Origin: Narcine bancroftii
Lineage: Eukaryota
Reading direction: 5' to 3'
NCBI RefSeq assembly: GCF_036971445.1
Contig: NC_091477.1
Span: 120,528,001-120,592,000 of the forward strand
Length of the DNA stretch: 64,000 nucleotides
The translations under genes and the position numbers were made by a program. The notes beneath the pieces were generated by a model that worked only from the letters and a program-made list of their open reading frames with translations, did not search any database and was not told the origin of the DNA. Shown in pieces: positions 60,160 to 64,000 of this stretch (positions are counted from its first letter, which is position 1; every line of letters begins with the position of its first letter).

Positions 60160-63100
60160 TTACTTTGAAGTTCCTCTGGCCATCATAAGCTTCTTTGTGT
60201 TAGTATCCGGTTTCAGTAACATAATGTAACATTTCGGTGCAAAAATACAGACCAACAACCCAAAGCTTGATGCCCAGATAGCAAACACTTCCACGGCCAC
60301 CGTGTACTTTCCCGGAGAGCTCACATAAGCTGGAATGAACGTGATCCAAACCGCGCAGAAGATCAACATGCTGAAGGTGATGTACTTGGCGTCGTTGAAG
60401 TTGTCCGGTAGTTTCCGGGCAAGGAAAGCGAGAACTAAACACACAATGGATAAAAGAGCAATATAGGCCGACACCAAGTAAAAGGCCGTTAATGACCCCA
60501 CGTCACATTCCAGAATAATGATGTCTCGATAATAGCTGATGTTTTTCAGGGGATGGGGAGGTGACACACTTAGCCAGACAACGCAAACTAAAGCCTGCAG
60601 AAATGTCAGGATACACACGCCCAGCCGTTGCTGAGCGGGTCCAAACCAGTTCATCACGCTCCTGTTGGGAAGAGTTGCTTTAAAGGCCACCACAACTAGA
60701 ATGGTTTTGCCCAAAATGCAGGAAATGCAGAGAACGAAAACAACTCCAAAAACAGTGCGACGCAACATGCAAGACCAGTCGGAGGGTTCCCCAATGAAGC
60801 TGAGCGAGCAAATGAAGCAAAGCATGAGAGCGAAGAGAAGGAGGAAGCTGAGCTCGGAGTTGTTCGCTTTCACCATGGGAGTTTCCCGGTAACGGTAGAA
60901 AATAGCAGCGGTGGCCAAGGTGAAGCAGACTCCCACTAGAGCGAGCGTCACCAACACAAACCCCAGAACTTCTCCAAAGGAAAGAAACTCAACCTTCTTG
61001 CGAACACATCGGGTTTTCTGTTGATTTGACCAGTATTCCGAGGGACACTTCATGCAATCTGTGGAATCTGAAAATAAATCCAATGTTAAACTCAAATCTA
61101 TGTTTGAGTATAGAACTTTAAAATTCGGGAATTGTCGGTGAATAGTGAGACATAGAGTTACAGAGTTTTCCCGCATGAAACGGGCCATTCGACCAAACAT
61201 TTCCATTCACGTCGTTATCTCTGCACTCACCTTTGATGTTGCTAATCTCACCGTCGGCACATTTTGCACAGTCAAAGCAACATGTTGGTTGCCCTTTCCG
61301 GCTCACTTTCCTTGTTCCTGGAAGACACGGTTCTGAGCAAATTGCTTGTGGGATCTAAAGTAAAATAATATATAAGTTACAGTCTACGGATGATAATGTA
61401 CAGAACAATCTATCCCTAGTTAATCCCATCACATATCGTTTCCCCAAACTTCCAGTTGTATCCTTTAAGTCACATTACAACTGTGCTCTTTTGTTGCCAC
61501 TTATATCAGTTCATACGTTCAAAAGTAAACAACGAAAATCTGTAAACAATGTGGTGAAGTTTTAAAACAAAACTATGCTGGATGAATTCAACAGGTGAAA
61601 CAGTGTACTTTATATAAAAGAGATAAAGATGTATCACCAACGTTTCGGCTTGAGTCATTCATCGAGGGATCAGCTCCCAGCCGAAAACGCGCAAAATGTG
61701 CATTGAAAATCGTTAATCACTTCCACCAATCATATATTTTTCTACCAAAATTCTAATCAGTTAACCCCTCCTCCACACACTAGGATAAAATTGTCGCTAT
61801 AAACGACAAAGAATAAAGACACACAACGTTGACGGTGCACTTGCACACATCAAGCTGGAGCATCCAGTCATCGATAATAACTGTCTGCATCTAACCCGTA
61901 TTTCAAACACATCAGAATCTTCCATTTGACTGATATAAATTCACGGTACAGATGCATGCCTTATTTCCAGTCGTGCCCCACACGATATCCTCGAACGTCA
62001 GGACCAGTTGGAGCCCTGGGTGCGCTGAACCATCATAATAGCCAATGTTCACAATGTCAAGTGTACCCTCCGAATTCGTTTGAAAGTTCACCAATTCGTA
62101 TTTTGGCATTGGATCTCCGTTTTCATCAAAATACACGGTTTCTCCAGTCTTCACTGTGAAATTGACTATGCGTAGATAGTGGAGGAACTGGAAAGTATAA
62201 AGCAAGGTTTAGGCATTGCCGTGAGTTCAGCGCGAGGAGGTACAGGCGTTCAGCATCACTCTGCACGTCAAACATTGAAATAACTTGCAGGATAATTGCT
62301 ACCTTAAGGGGCATATTAATGGGAGGTGACTCATCAATATTATATCCTGATGTATAACCTTGGGTCATATTTACTCGATGTGATCACGAGATGGGACAGT
62401 TAAGAAGGCTGAATATGATTGATAGGCCGGCTGAGTTCAGGAGTAGAGGAGATCATGTCATAAAACCACACTTGAAGTACTGTGTTCAGTTCTGGTCATC
62501 TTATTATAGGGAGGATGTGGAAGCTATGGAGAGGGTGCAGAGCAGATTTACCAGGATGTTGCCTGGGTTGGAAAACAAACCTTAAGAGGCAATGTTAGCA
62601 GAGTTGGAATTTTTCTCTTTGGAGCGTAGAAGGATAAGAGGAAACTTGATGGCGGTCTACACAATTATGTAAGGCATACATAGGGTGGACAGCTACCACC
62701 TGTTTCCCAGGGTACGAAGAGCAAACACCAGGGGTCACATGTACAAAGTTAAGGGAGGGAAGGCATCAGGGGTAAATTGTTTACACAGAGATGTCGGTCC
62801 TTGGAATTACTTGTCATGGGTGGTGGTGCAGACTAGAATATTAGGTGTATTTCAGAGACTCTTTGACAGGCACATGGATGAAAAAAAAAGATAGAGGGTT
62901 ATAGGTTAGGATTATGCTTAGTAATTGTATAAGCAATATAAGGGCCGAAGGCCATGTTCTGTGATGTCGTATTCTATGTTCAAAAATTAATCATTGTATT
63001 TTCAACTTGCTGTTTGCATGTTTCAAGTACCTGCCACGGCTCAAAATGTGAAATCTGTGCACATGTGTGATTCACAAAGGGTCCATTGCCTTCTTCACAA

Positions 63101-63864
63101 GTCAATAGGTCGTGGAGCGCATGAGCGATAGCGTAGATTGCCTTATACACCTGATATGAACTTCCGTCCATTATCGCCGGAAGGTAGGAGTTTTCCATTC
63201 CTTTCATTTCTTCTTTCCCCGTACATTGCCGAAATTCAACCGGAGAATTTTGTGGAATTATCCGGTTATCAGTGGTAAAGTTACATGTGAACAAAGTTTC
63301 CCAAAACTCTGTCAACAAACTGTTTGCAGCAAAATTCGAAGGATGGATATTATGAAGAAAATCTCTGAGTTCCGCGATCTCTGTCCTGTAGGTTATCGGA
63401 CCGATTGTCCCGGCGAGATAAATTGCACTTACTTCAGGCGGGAGAGGGTTTTCTGTAAGCCACCCTTCGCTTCCAATCCACTGTATTCCAGTTACATTTT
63501 GACGCCAAATTTCGTCCAGCAAAATCCGCATATCACCGCCAGGAGCAAAGGCCACCACCACTTTTGTGGACGCCTGTTTAATCACCTGGACAATTTTCCT
63601 GATTTTCTCCGCTGGGTCGGTCCTGTGAAATGACTCCGAATAGGCGATACAAACCCCAAACTTTTCCACGTGTTTCACAAATCCTTGCATTCCAAAATTG
63701 CCGTAATCGTTGTTACTTCTAATAGTTCCGATCCAAGTCCAGCCAAACACTCGCACCAGTTCCGCGAGAACTTTAGATTGGTACTCGTCGCTGGGTATCG
63801 TTCTTAAAAATGTAGGGTATTCCTGTTTATCGCTGAGACAGGAACAGGTGGAATAGGGACTGAC
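60160..63864 (-). CDS. V2R/OlfC receptor gene D, exons 3-6 (exons 1-2 beyond window end); GC donor at intron 4
   Basis: Exons 63864-63031, 62187-61960, 61354-61231, 61067-60160 (834/228/124/908 nt), all open; exon 4 ends AAG|GCATGC. Confidence 0.92.
62390..62980 (+). mobile_element. CR1 3' fragment in gene D intron 3
   Basis: [36 protein letters not shown] and tail agggccgaaggccatgttctgtgatgt. Confidence 0.85.
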
Positions 63865-64000
63865 CTGCACAGAAAGTGATAAATGTATGAATAGCTGTTC
63901 CTTCTTGCATTGGAAGTAACCGATATCGCTGGTTTCAATCTGAGTCATTTTATATTTCTACACCACGGAAGTATTGAACATGTAGAATATAAACGCCATT

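Overview
Vertebrate genomic DNA, most likely from a cartilaginous fish judging by the CR1, Penelope and V-SINE repeat content and the V2R type. It has three assembly gaps (27-378, 37937-38126, 45446-45713). The left ~13.3 kb is low-complexity, with alternating purine and pyrimidine tracts. It holds exons 2-9 of a SMARCB1/SNF5 gene (+, 910-7425), a diverged tandem duplicate of that gene's last exon and 3' region, two CCAAT-box arrays, and an unexplained 246-nt minus-strand exon candidate. The rest is an AT-rich, LINE-littered cluster of four six-exon V2R/OlfC (CaSR-like class C GPCR) genes. Gene A (+, 20642-30008) and gene C (-, 49455-55488) are intact. Gene B (-, 38538-44085) has a single TGA at codon 23. 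Gene D (-, 60160 to beyond 63864) has its 5' exons outside the window and a GC donor at intron 4. Most notable observations: a spliceable duplicate SMARCB1 terminal exon with R>W and R>C at the acidic-patch-binding arginines; gene-conversion mosaicism (near-identical 7TM exons, two alternating ligand-pocket types); a one-stop candidate readthrough pseudogene; and a recent 193-bp inverted duplication. Identifications come from manual translation and remembered family motifs, not database searches.
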